Position numbers and translations under genes: made by a program
Origin: Schizochytrium sp. TIO01
Taxonomy: Eukaryota > Protista > Bigyra: Labyrinthulomycetes
Reading direction: 5' to 3'
Assembly: GCA_004764695.1 (NCBI GenBank)
Contig: SMSO01000031.1
Span: 9,468,761 to 9,532,760, forward strand
DNA length: 64,000 nt
Shown: one piece after another, positions 35,599 through 47,842 of the stretch
How the letters are laid out: each line of letters opens with the position of its first letter
Numbering within the stretch: position 1 is the stretch's first letter
Notes under the pieces: model-generated
Seen by the model: only the letters and a program-made list of their open reading frames with translations
Databases searched by the model: none
Told to the model about the DNA's origin: nothing

Positions 35599-38500
35599 CA
35601 AGGTCTTCTTGTCAGGTGCGTATGAAAAGCACTTAAATTGTGTCATTCGTTCTCGCTCTCGTGGTGCAGAAAGTTGTGTTCTGACAGCTGGAATGATAAG
35701 ATGGAGGCTTCAAAAAACTTTGGAAAGTCAACAATGTGTACTGTAGGGTTTAGAGTTAGTGGGGGCAGCAGAACTCCGGGTAAAACTGAGGTGGACTAGC
35801 TCATATAATATTTCGTGTACCAATGATCTATAACATACAGAATCTCTAAGTTTAGGTTACTTATTTCCTCACATTCTAGTAGGGTTTCAGATAATAAAGT
35901 TTTATAGTGTAGTATCGAGTGCTTCGGGCCCTCATCAGCCACTCCTTAGTTGCTTACTTCCACTTCTTCACGCGCATTCGTATTATGGAGCTTACACTGG
36001 TTTGCTACAAAATTTGGTGAGGTTTTGGTTATATGAGTTGTTCTCGCCACAAAGTGAAAGGGTGAGCTTTGCATGTTGTGCAAGCATACTGCATTCCAAG
36101 TCAGGTTTATAGCAAAGCCATTCAATAAACAATATTGAGTCACACTTTGCTAGAGGTCTTCCAGTTTTCCTGGGATAGGCCCTAACGTCTACACTTCAGC
36201 GGCCAATCTCTCATAGAAAGACCTCGTCAACTTCAGTGATCTTCTCTTTTTCTGCATCTGAAATATATAGCAATGTTCAATGAATTTCCAAGTTAAGTAG
36301 TTGATCAAATTCATATAAAAGCGTTTATTCTTTCAAAATAACGCATTTCTTAAGCACTTCTTATTGAACGGCTCTTGTTTTTCTATTAGCAGTCGGTGTA
36401 CGAAAATACAATGTCTATAAATTAGCGTGCTTGTCGATCGGGAAACATGGTATCCCCTTTATAATTTGAAAGGTTTAGTCAGAGAGACTCGAGGTGCATG
36501 CTGAGATCACTGTTCGATGGATCATGTAGATCTGGCATGTCACAGTGAATCATGAGGAGCAAAATTATGCTCAGGAGTAAGGCCAGAATAATTATAGACG
36601 TTGTCGAGGAGCCGAAAAAAGTTAAGAATTGCAAATTTTACGGACATATTCATATAAACAGCAAATCAGAGGAAGCCAAATTGAGTATCGAGGGGAGCAG
36701 ATAATATGCTAACCCCTTCGGTTCTTTGTTACAGAAATAATTTTTGTCCTCGGCTACTCAATGAAACATAAAACGCTCCACATTAAGGCTAATCTCCGCC
36801 CTTGATCAAGCTAATCGATCACACTAAAGTTGAAGTTTAGAAAACAATATGAACTGTTTCCTAAACCTTCAAATACCTCTTGGTCCTGCCAGACAGTTTC
36901 TCGCCAGGTAGACCATGACTTTTCAAGGCTATACAATCCAAGTTAGCTAAATGAAAAATAACTAGTCCAATTTTACTTTCAAATTGAGCAGGGCAGAAAC
37001 TTTTAAATTATCACATTGCTAATGCCTTATTAAGTTTTCTTCAACCTCTTAAAAAATCCTGGTTCATTTGTCATGAGTCTCTATGTGGTTAACATGTATC
37101 TTAGATTGAGTAAAATCTTCCAGCAGTAAAAATTCTGATTTTTGAGTAATAGCAGCCTGGGCGAAAGGATGCCTGTTTTCACTAGAATTGTACATGTCAG
37201 TACGGCAAATCATTTGTCTTCGAAGGATTTGGGCAAGAGTAGCTTCCGATAAGCAATTATGTGTCAAATCGAGTAAGCGTGTGGAGTTTTTACGGTTCAC
37301 AACATTTTTTGCCTTGATATTTGCAGGTAGCTGCAGAGACCTTTCAGATACATGATGAGAAAGTCTGTGCCTCAATGGATTGCCTTTTATACAGATTGGT
37401 CTTTTGAAGCTTAGAATAAGTTTAGGCACCATCTTACAGCCATAAATTCTGCAATGCTGCACTAGTAAACCTGAAAGTGTGTACAATAACGGTCTCTTAC
37501 AAAAGGAGAAGTTGGGTATTTTCCAGAACGCTAAAAAACGTAGTAACAAGTCCTGATGTTATCTTCGATTGAAGCTGATACTCTATAAGCACAGTTTTTT
37601 CCTCGGGTTCCAATACAAATAGATCAAAATTAGGATAACTTGGTACTACAAGGTCAGCTCCGGAATTTACAGGTTTGAAAGTAACTTTTTAAGTGCAAGT
37701 GCCCCGTTAGTGGGACTGCATTCTCATCAAAGAAGATCAAAGATAAACCTTATCATCATTTCGATGGAAGGATTCAATGCGTTTGCTTAATAATAAGAGT
37801 CCCCAGAGTGACTAAATAATTTTCTTTCTTTTCTCTTCATTATACCTACCTAGGATGTGGTAGTTTTGTTGCAATAGCAAGTGCCCGCGCTTTAGATTAT
37901 TACGTCATTGGAAGTAATTGATTTTTCAAGTAATATCTCGCCATAAAAGCGGCAGAATCAAAGACTGGTAAGAACTCTAAATAGTACGTAGTAGGTACCT
38001 ACCTATATATCAGAGAAGTTGCACACTTTTCCCAACTGAGATAGTTTTACGATGCTATTTTTATCATTAATGTTCTTTTCAGAAATGATTCACTTTACTT
38101 CTTCGTAGTCAAAATAGATGTACTTCTATGAAGGCTTGTTGCTATGTTGCTAGCTATCTTAATCTTGATCAATCCAGTCGACTTGCGAGTCGCGGGTGCG
38201 AATTGTTGCAGACTGCAATAAGATATTTTCACATGACAGCAGAGCTAGCATGTAATGTGCAGCTCATTTCCCTAGCATCTACATCTACATCCTATCACAC
38301 TGTTTGTATTACAATTTTCATCCAGGCAGATGATGAAAATTATATAATGGCTGCCATTGAAAGCTCCTGGAGCTCGCACGACAGCATTGTTGTTTTTCTT
38401 TCTTCTTTAAAGCCGTGGCCTTTCAATGCATGCCGCAATAAAGTGCTGATCCCGTGTTTGCAGCAACCCGGTTTCTAAATAAATGCCTATGGTAATAGGC

Positions 38501-41500
38501 TGACCTTTTGTCCTCTAAAGCTCTCCTCCACACGGTTGTTAAATCAGCAATTCTATCCCTGAGAGCTTCGTCGCTCTTGACTAGAAGCTCTTATATCCTG
38601 TGACCATGATAATCAAAAGGACTTTGACATCTTGCCATTGCACCAAGAAAACGCGCCAGCCAGCGAAATGCTAGTTTGCGTAGAGGGGGGTTTCCAGAAG
38701 CAAGGTTTACTTGAAAGCGTTTCAGATCACGATAGTGTGAAAGAGCTCGGCGAGGAAAACGCAAGGATACCGCGATCGTGTTTTATAAGCTTGCAGCGGA
38801 ATCAAGCAGGCTCAGGACCGCAACTTCCTGCTGCGTGCTTTCCTGTAAGTACCTGCACCTCATGCAGGAAGCGGTGCACCTCTAAAGGCCCCATTTACAA
38901 ACTAACCAAAGGCGAGTTGCCTAAAGCTCTTTTGTTATCCCGAGAAAAGCCAAAATCTTTCAACTCTCAGGTCTCTGGACGACGGCGACGACTTCGATCG
39001 CGATCACCAGCCCTGCTACATTTGCCATTGCCTTCTCAGCCTTAAGGCAATTCTGCCCAGTTGCTGCTCTAAATAGTTACATAGCTAGTTATATGCTTAC
39101 TATGTAATACCTGCTACTACCTAATGATGCCACCTGTTGCCTAAGCAAGAGCTGTGAAACTAAAAATTTGGAGTGGAAAAGATATCATCGACCCACGAAC
39201 AGGCGTCGGCTGTCCTAAGCGCGGTCAAGTGAGGCTCCAGGAAGACGGTTGTCTTCCCACTGGGCCGCGAACCAGCGCCTCAGGGCGACCGAAACACACG
39301 AAACCAAGAAAACGACGCAAACCAAAGGAAACAAGAGGAAACAAGAGGAAACACCTTTCATGAAAGAAGAAAAGAAAATTTGTTAGAAAAGGAAATCTTG
39401 AAGTTGTTTAAAAAGAAACTGAATATATATATAAAATAAAAATAAAAATAAAAACTTGAATAAGGAGAGATAACATTTATAAAAAACAAAAAGAAAGAAG
39501 GTTTATAAAAAGTACATGGTCTGATGGAAATAATTGTCTTTGTCATTTCTCGCTTTTCTTGCCTCAGACACTTTCAGCAAATTGCCACACGCCAGCGCTT
39601 GACTGCTAAGGCTTTTGAGCCACCAGTGCGCGAGGCACATTTGCTCACATTTTATGGCATATTGCTAAAGTTCACAATTAGTCGGCATTATAAATGGTGG
39701 TTTCTGCAACTCCAAGTGCTTTTTTCGTTTTAGAAAACTGTGAAAGATGATGAAGCTAAAGGTCACGAATCAAAGTTTCAGACAAATCGAATATTATCAA
39801 TTTCAAATGGCATGTAATGTCAAGATGCTAAATTTTGTGAAGGCCGTATATTAATGTACTCTGCCAGACAGTCTTGAAATGCTTCGACGGCAAACAATTT
39901 CATTGAAGGCTAAGGTCATTACTGTGCAGTAAACCACAATCGTCAAGATATTCTCAAGTGGTAGGTACTTCAGATCTGGCTGGACCTTCAAAGTTCCTCG
40001 GACAAATGTAATGTGGGACTACGATTTCTGCGTTGCGCAAAATAAACAAAATTAAAGAGAAAAGTTCGTGAGCCTTTACAAAGAATCCCCCACCAATTAA
40101 TTGTAAAAATACTGAGAAGCAGGGCTCATGTTCTCGCGGCATACGTATGTCAATGTGCAAAGAACTCAACATTTACTGAAGTGGTGGATCGATCCTTTAA
40201 ATATCCATATCTGATCTTAAAGACTTCGCTCAGAAACGGTGAACAGTAACTCCTAAGGTGACCGATATCACAAGCCCCTGAGAACTTATAAATTCAATTG
40301 TCTCATAGGCGTTTCCTAAATCTTTCAGGCTAAAGTTGCTTTTTTTATGGCTGTTCACAATCGCGAGAGACAGTTTATTCTCCACTTTCTACATTTCCGC
40401 TGTTGTTATTATTATTGTTTGTACAACAGCTCTTATACACACGAGTATTTAACGCAAGGTGATTAAATACGGCTATAACAATAGCAAGGCGGAACCCAAG
40501 CTCCTCTTCCTCGGCCCTATATTCTAACCCCATTCTCCCACAATCTGCGGTATCAGCTCGGGGAGCTCGATGCCGCCAGCCTCGCACATCGTGTCAGCAT
40601 ATCATCTCAAGGCGCCGCGACCACAACTTTTCAACTAAAACAAATCAATGCCATGAATCAACTTTTCTCATGAAAAGGTGCCGCATTTTGCTCTAAAAGA
40701 GAAGCCAAAGTACACTCGCTTTGAAGTGAGTCAGTCCATCGCAGTCTAAATAAGCGGAGGAGAAATAAGATGATAAGAGAAATCAAAATGGAAAGGCTAA
40801 TCCGTTGCGGAGCAGCACACAGCTCGTCACCGCAAGCCTGGTGGCGCTCAGCTTGAAGGCCCCAAACGCCTGTCTGTGCACGAGAGTGTCGCCGGCGAGA
40901 GCTAGCTATCAGGGAAGCAGCATTGTACCTCGAGGTAGCGAGAGCGCACGATGCCCAGGGTTGGTTTTGTTCTGAAGGACTTCTGAAGGACTGACTATTT
41001 CGCAAGCGAAGGTCCATCCAGGCACTTGAAGAATTCGTTATGTACATTTACTATTATTAATCTTGTTTTAAATTAAAATTATGATAATGCAATTAACAAA
41101 ATCAAATAATTTTATTGTTGTCCAAAATTTAAATACTTTCAAGAATAAGTAGTGTTATAAATATGTATTTCAATTTTTACTTCAAAGACGAACGAGCGGG
41201 CCTTGATATGATATTCATTCACCGAAAGACTCTTCACAGGAGTCGAAGCGGATTGAGAGTTCGTGGCGTGAGGCTTTGTTGAGTTATCGAAAGGTTTTCG
41301 AGGTGCCTAGTCTAGAGAATCCAAGGAGATGTATAAACCCAAACCTTTCTGCGAGGCTCTCTAAAATATTACTGCTCCAACTCATCACATGCATACGAAA
41401 GGAAATGAAAGGGCCTTTCCAAATAGAAATTTATTTTCAGCTATAAAAAAAGTACTATGCTTAATAACAGAGAACAGGCTTTCTCAACCTATTGCATATC

Positions 41501-42330
41501 AACCTTTTCATTACCTGCCTCGCTTACAATGCAGTATATATTCTACAAGTAGACAATACGCTCCATTCTTCACTATTCCCCCCAATTCTCCATAGTAACA
41601 TGCCCCCTTCTTTTACCCGCGTTGCCTTCTTTTCAGGGTCGCTTTGGAGGCTTTCAGGCCCCCTCCAGTAGAGTTCTGCTTAGTTTACCCCTATGTCCCT
41701 CATCGCATGAGTCCCTAGGCAAAAGGAGAGGCCGCTGAAAGCCGGCGTGCCGTAGTAGGTGCATAGCCAGTAGTAGGACCTACCTATATCTCCTTCAATA
41801 ACAAAAGAACAAAACCAAGAAAAGAAAGCACAAGGGTGCCAGAAAACGAGAAGAGCCCGCGAGACCTTGGGGAGAGGTGGCTGGCTGGCGAGGCCCGAAA
41901 TCCTCGCTCGAAGGAGCTTATTCGGCAGTTTTTGTGATGTCCTTTCACGGCGTCCCGAGGCCTTCGAAGTGTTTGCTTTGCGGCCTTCGCGTTTTTTGCG
42001 AAGGTCTCGGCAGATGGCGAGAAATGAACCTGAGATAGAGAAGAAAAAGAATTGAGCAGAGCTGAAGTTCCAACAAAATGACACTTTCTTTCTTCTTCGT
42101 CATTACTGCAACGCGAAGAGCTTTGAATTGAAATGGAGACTAATAGAAAGAGCCTGGAAAGAGGAAGGAAGTCCATCAACTTCGTAGTAGATAAACAAGG
42201 GGCAACCAAGTTGACCTTGAAGCACCACCGGTATCCGTGTACGCTACGAGATCAATAACAAAGAGCCACACTGCAGAGCTAAACACGCTGCATGATAATT
42301 GCATCCATCCTCCCATTGTCTACTCGGCAC

Positions 42331-42388
42331 GATCGATGGATCGATTGATTGACTGATCTGATCGATCGATGGATCGATTGATTGATTG
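42331..42388 (+). repeat. GATC/GATT-type low-complexity array containing a 22-nt direct repeat
   Basis: GATCGATGGATCGATTGATTGA at 42331 and 42364. Confidence 0.8.
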
Positions 42389-43126
42389 AGTTTCGAAGGG
42401 AAGAGCGGGACACCTGTCTTAGCTCCCCAGGCCCAGAAAAGAACGAAAGAACCAATGGAACACCGACCATGACTTTCAAGTACCATATATTACATCGAGC
42501 GCGGGAACTCAGCATATTAATACACAGACTTCGTCCACTCAGGATATGGTTATTTTGAATTCCTTGGAATTCGATCCTTGAAATTCAAAAATTCAAAAAT
42601 TCAAATCTATCTTGGGTTCTTGAGGCTGCAAAGCTTGATCGAGGACGATCTCGCGGGCTTCGGCGGCGCGGGCTCGCGGCCGGCTGCGAAAAGGGGGCTT
42701 CGCGTGCGAGGCGGCGGCAGCGGCGGGTGGCTGCCGCAAGGCTGCCGCGAGGCGGCGTTTCCGGGTGACGGGGGCTTCTCGGTGTCCTGGCTTCGCGGTC
42801 GGCTCGCCTGCGATTTCACGCTTCCGAGTGGTCTGCGCGGAAATCTTGCTCGTCAGCGTTTCGCGCGCAGACCCCAACGACACAGTGTTATGCGTGGCCC
42901 AGTTCCCCGATCTATAATACTGGAGGCACCAGCCGCGATGGCCCTGCGTCCGGTGGCGATCGCACGAGCTGCAGCAGGACGTCTCAAGGTGCCCCCCATC
43001 GAGGCGCAGGGCCTGGGCTAGAGCTGGCGGAGATGGGCACCAAGGGGAGCAACGGGCGAGATGGAGGATGACATCATCGTACGCCGCGAACTCGGGTCCC
43101 GCTGGAGAAGTTTATTGTAGTGCTAG

Positions 43127-43178
<52 letters not shown>

Positions 43179-43187
43179 GTGCTTGCT
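43127..43187 (+). repeat. (TTGC)n microsatellite
   Basis: About 15 units, one interrupted. Confidence 0.95.
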
Positions 43188-44235
43188 CCAAAAGGGTGTT
43201 GTGCTTTTGGAGATTCACTGCTGCTGCTCACCATCTAGCAGGCAGGAAGGTGCCTCGCTGAGTGCTCGCTTTAACATCGAGTTGGTGACCACGATTTGCG
43301 AATGAGGGACCTCCGAAACGTTGCCAGATAGATAGGTATTAATTCAATCTTTCGCTCATTCTCCTCCAAGTTCAAGAGCCGCCGAGAGACTTGGAGTGCC
43401 TGGATTCCCCACGTTGACATAGGTGTGGATAGGCAGGTTGATCGGACCAGGCTGGAGAACTCGAGGTCGAGCTTTTAGGTGGCACAAGAAACCTCTGGCT
43501 GGCCCTTTCTCGGCACAGGACCAGAGAAAGTCGTTGTGTCATAAAACGCTGCTTCAAGTTCAAGGCAAGTACTGCTTTCCTTCCAGTCACGGTGATATGT
43601 GCAGGTCGCGTGGAAAAGGTGGATAATGTTGAGGATAGTAGGTCCCTCACCTGGGTATGTAGGTGCTAACAGGAGCACTTTGATTCGATTGTCTGTCATG
43701 ATCGTGTTGTAATAATGGGTGATCTAGGAAAGCAAGTAGGCACGAATGGACGAATGTAATAGCCGGGAAGGAAAGTCTGCGGGTGTGGTGCCATGTCTAA
43801 TCCACGCGTCGTGAGCTTTGGTGAAATCTAACCACGCTTTCACTCACTGGCTCACTGACGCTCTGGAAGGCAGGCAGAAGGTAGAAGTACCTTCTGCTAC
43901 TCTCGGCGCGAGTCGTCTTCTTGTCCTTCTTCGAAGAGCAAAGGTCGGTCGTCGAGATATTTAAAAAAAAAGCAAATCAATAGAATTCTTGATTTCATTT
44001 CTAGCGGTATCTGTCTCTCTCTCTCTTTATCTATTTCACCTTCGATTTCAATCTCCATTACAAGCTGCAAATTTCCATTTCTATACGCATATACCTTTTT
44101 TTGTTTTTAATCTTAAAAATAAAAATTAGTTGTAGAAAGAAAGCCTTTTACACCTTTCAGAAAACAACCGACTAACCGTGACAACGTGAAAAGAAAAAGC
44201 ACTAGCATGTTATTAAAAACGAATTCAAAGAACTT

Positions 44236-44237
44236 GA

Positions 44238-44293
<56 letters not shown>

Positions 44294-44295
44294 AA
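44236..44295 (+). repeat. (GAAA)n microsatellite
   Basis: About 15 perfect units; shorter runs at ~44781-44802 and (TCTT)n at ~54246-54271. Confidence 0.95.
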
Positions 44296-46103
44296 TGTGT
44301 TTCTTTCTTGCAAGAATCGATAAGCGCCAATTAATCCAGCGATTGATTTCTGGTCTCGAGGCCTCCAGAAACCCCATAGGCCGTCGTAGAAAGCTGCAGC
44401 GCCACGTCTCCTCTTAGTCCATGCAATGCTCTCACCGCAGACTCGCCCGAAACCGGCGTGGCCAGCGCTGTAATAGGCTTCAACTAGCTAGCAAGGATAT
44501 CGTTAAGAAAGCTCGAGTTGGCTAGCTCTAACTAGCAACTGCTGTTATGTACCTGATCGAAATCCTGAAAACATGGAAATTACGAGAGAAATCCACCCAA
44601 AGCTGGCAACCTATGGCTTTCTATGGATAGATCACCGCTCGTGAGTCCTGAGAGCCATACAGATGGCGACGGAGTGGCTGAGCGTCTTCCACGAGTGTTC
44701 CCAAGGTCCTCGCGAGCGGCACGAGCACCAGCGGAGTCTTCCACAACTCGAAGAGGGCGAGGCAAGCAGGCAATATACTAGAAAGAAAGAAAGAAAGAAA
44801 GAAGGAAACAGAGAAAGAATGCGGTCTTTCCACAGACAGTACAAGGTAATACTTTACCCACGGAGATGACATGGTAATAATAGGGGGAGAGAAGCTCATT
44901 AAAAATTTGCAAATGCTCGTTCTGCCATAGAAAGAAGGAGGGCAACGAGTGAAAGAAAGAAGTTAGAGAAGCTTCTTTCTTTGTTTTCTTTGGAATGAAA
45001 GAATGGAATGAATGATGAATGAACGAGCGAAGTCACCTCATCCCGATCTTCAGCAGGTTAAATGTCAGGATCGTCTCAGAGGCTTTGCGATCCTTCGCGA
45101 TGCACCAATTACAATCAGCAGAGCAGCTTTTATTTACGGTACCCGTGGTTTCAGGTTTCTCTTGCTTGCTTGCACTCAAAAAGGCGAAAGTACCCTGATC
45201 TTCAAGGTTTCTTTTATTTTAAACTTAAGCCAGAGAAACCACTTTTAAAAGGTTTACAAGCAAGAGGAATTGTGACTTTGCGCTGCAATCAATATCGAGA
45301 AAGCTGTGCATATTTCTCAATTTCCTCTGCTCTGCGAAAGAAATCATTGCCGCCTACACCTCCTAACTCCTCTCCCCTTCTACGCAATGGATAAAGAGTG
45401 ACTCGCAGTGTATTGGAGGGTCGCGATTACTCGGCGGCGCTTGGATTCTTTACGCTGCTCACCTCCTTCCTCCAAGGTGTTTCCCTTTCTTACTTATTAC
45501 TTACGACGCCCCTTCTCGAGGCTGATTTACCCTTCGAAGGCCTTTCAATTACCGCGCACTTCTTTCTTTCACTGCTCCAGACTAGCAGACGGTTAGGGGA
45601 AATGATAAGAGCGACCGAAAGGGTAAAAGAAAGAAGTACTTTTGTTTTGGATTTTTCATTTGAAAAAAATGATGGATTCTTATTACTCTCGTAGGTAAGG
45701 AAGGTACTTCTTTTTCTGTTGTTTCGCATGGTCAAAGAATGTAATGCGAGCGAATGCAATGCAATTCAGGATCCTTTGAAGGGGAAGAAGAAGAAGAAGC
45801 GGCGATATTACAAAAGCGAAAACACTACCAGGAACTTTATCATATCACTGCTGTTGCAGAGAAGACGTACTTTACTTCTCGATTTCCATGGTAGTTTTCT
45901 CTGTCTGTTTGTTTTGTTTTGTTTTGTTTTATAATGAAACAAGGAGTAAAGTAAGGTAGATCGAAAGAAATAAAATGTTAAAAAGTTAAAAAGAGAAATG
46001 TAATTTCCTCTTTCCTCAGAGCCGCTGCTTGGGACTGTAGGAGTGACTAAGGGAGAGGTAGGAGTGCGGATCTGGAGTCCAAGCGGCGGCAAAGAAGGTC
46101 GCG

Positions 46104-46128
46104 AGCAGCATCAGCAAACCCCAAACAT
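46104..46128 (+). promoter_or_regulatory. Candidate promoter/5'UTR element shared with the ABP34-like gene
   Basis: AGCAGCATCAGCAAACCccAAACAT starts 152 nt upstream of the ICL ATG at 46256. Confidence 0.45.
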
Positions 46129-46255
46129 CCTCGCAGGAGGCCAAACCATCAAGATCTGAAGAACCGAGCTCACGCCGCTTCTTCGTCTGTGTCGCATCAA
46201 TAAAGCAAGTTCTTTGTGATTGTAATCCCTTCAGTAACCTCTTTTTGTTGATAAA

Positions 46256-47842
46256 ATGGTGAACTTCAACGTGAACGATGACGCCGTCGTGGCCCAGGAG
46301 CTCAAGGAGATGCAGCAATGGATGTCCTCTGAGCGCTTCAAGCACACCCAGCGCCCGTACACCCCCGAGCAGGTCGTCGCTCTCCGCGGTGACATCGGAT
46401 CCCTCACCTCTGCTGAGCACATGTACGCTCCTCTTGCCACCAAGCTCTACAACCTCTGCCGCACTCGCTTCAACGAGAAGAAGTTCACCGGCACCTTCGG
46501 CTGCCTCGACCCCGTGCAGCTCGTGCAGATGAACAAGTACCTTGAGACCGTCTACGTCTCTGGATGGCAGGCATCCTCCACCGCCTCCTCCAGCAACGAG
46601 CCCGGCCCTGACTTTGCTGACTACCCCGCCAACTCCCTCCCGGACAAGGTCGACCAGCTCTTCAAGGCCCAGCAGTTCCACGCTCGCAAGCAGCGCAACG
46701 CCCGCTCCAAGATGTCTGCCCAGGAGAAGGCCTCCACCCCCGAGGTTGACTACTTCCGCCCCATCGTCGCCGACGGTGACACTGGTTTTGGTGGCATGAC
46801 CTCCGTCTCCAAGCTCATCAAGATGATGATCGAGTCTGGTGCCTCCGGAGTTCACCTTGAGGACCAGAAGGTTGGCGCCAAGAAGTGCGGTCACCTTGGA
46901 GGCAAGGTCCTTGTCCCCGTCCGTGAGCACGCTGACCGCATGGCCGCTGCCCGTCTCCAGGCTGATATCATGAAGCACCCCCTCGTGCTCGTGTGCCGTA
47001 CCGATGCCGACTCTGCCAACTTCCTCGAGAACGACATCGACCCCCGTGACCACCCCTTCATTGCCGGTGCCACCAACCCCAACGTTGGACGCTCTGTCGA
47101 CTCCGCTAACCCCGTCGCCTGGATGGAGTCTGCCGGACTCATGCGCTACTCCGATGCCGTCGCCGCCGCCATGAAGAAGGCCGGCAAGGGCAACCTCGTC
47201 GACAAGTGGATGAAGGACTCCATGCAGCTTTCCAACGAGGACGCCAAGGCCCTCGCCACCAAGCTCGGATTCGGCGACGTCTTCTGGTGCAAGCAGGCAC
47301 CCCGCTCCCGCGAGGGATTCTTCCGTGTCATCGGTGGCATCGACTACGCCATTGTCCGCGCCATTGCCTTCGCCCCTGTCTCTGACATGATCTGGTGCGA
47401 GACCGCCACCCCTTCGATCCCCGAGATCGCCGAGTTCGCCCACGGTGTCCACGCCGTCATCCCTGAGCAGATCATCGCCTACAACTTGAGCCCCAGCTTC
47501 AACTGGAGCATCGCCGGTTCTGACGATGACATCCGCAACTTCCAGCGTGAGCTCGGCAAGCTCGGAATCACCTGGCACTTCGTCACCCTCTTTGGATTCC
47601 ACACCAACGCCCTCGCCATCGACCAGGCCGCCAAGGCCTACGCTGGCAAGGATGGTATGCTCGCCTACGTCCAGATGGTCCAGAACCAGGAGCGCGTGCA
47701 CGGTGTCGAGACCCTCACCCACCAGAAGTGGTCCGGTGCGGAGCTCATGGACGACCTCCTCCAGGCTGCCACCGGTGGTGGTGCCTCCACCTCGGCCCTT
47801 CACGGCGCCACTGAGGACCAGTTCAAGCAGTCCAAGTTGTAA
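46256..47842 (+). CDS. ICL1: Isocitrate lyase, peroxisomal (copy 1, strongly codon-biased)
   Basis: YVSGWQ, ADGDTGFGG, catalytic KKCGHLGGKVL, RTD, WCET, YNLSPSFNW. Eukaryote-type domain II insertion. C-terminal PTS1 -SKL. Confidence 0.97.
   Translation: MVNFNVNDDAVVAQELKEMQQWMSSERFKHTQRPYTPEQVVALRGDIGSLTSAEHMYAPLATKLYNLCRTRFNEKKFTGTFGCLDPVQLVQMNKYLETVYVSGWQASSTASSSNEPGPDFADYPANSLPDKVDQLFKAQQFHARKQRNARSKMSAQEKASTPEVDYFRPIVADGDTGFGGMTSVSKLIKMMIESGASGVHLEDQKVGAKKCGHLGGKVLVPVREHADRMAAARLQADIMKHPLVLVCRTDADSANFLENDIDPRDHPFIAGATNPNVGRSVDSANPVAWMESAGLMRYSDAVAAAMKKAGKGNLVDKWMKDSMQLSNEDAKALATKLGFGDVFWCKQAPRSREGFFRVIGGIDYAIVRAIAFAPVSDMIWCETATPSIPEIAEFAHGVHAVIPEQIIAYNLSPSFNWSIAGSDDDIRNFQRELGKLGITWHFVTLFGFHTNALAIDQAAKAYAGKDGMLAYVQMVQNQERVHGVETLTHQKWSGAELMDDLLQAATGGGASTSALHGATEDQFKQSKL

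Larger units (their letters stand above)
32900..37800. pseudogene. Cluster of decayed BTB/POZ (and possible SPRY-like) gene copies on both strands
   Basis: BTB-like relics: ~35200-35460 + (FE/GNY/FEML...YTFDRTSEVKFDLVV), ~36301-36480 + (LIKF...LLNGSCF...VDR), ~37623-37790 + (IKIRI...RFESNFLSA), ~32900-33070 + (VNV/RRSLYKTRITHLL...TYF), ~33290-33350 - (FDR/QSIMKFI). SPRY-like GYRVGDLLSLEMDAEEGWF at ~34343-34400 +. Confidence 0.45.

Noticed and set aside
46016-47803. 595-aa antisense ORF over ICL1
   Set aside because: It is a shadow of extreme codon bias: the sense gene avoids TTA/CTA/TCA, so the antisense frame lacks stops. It has no independent motifs.
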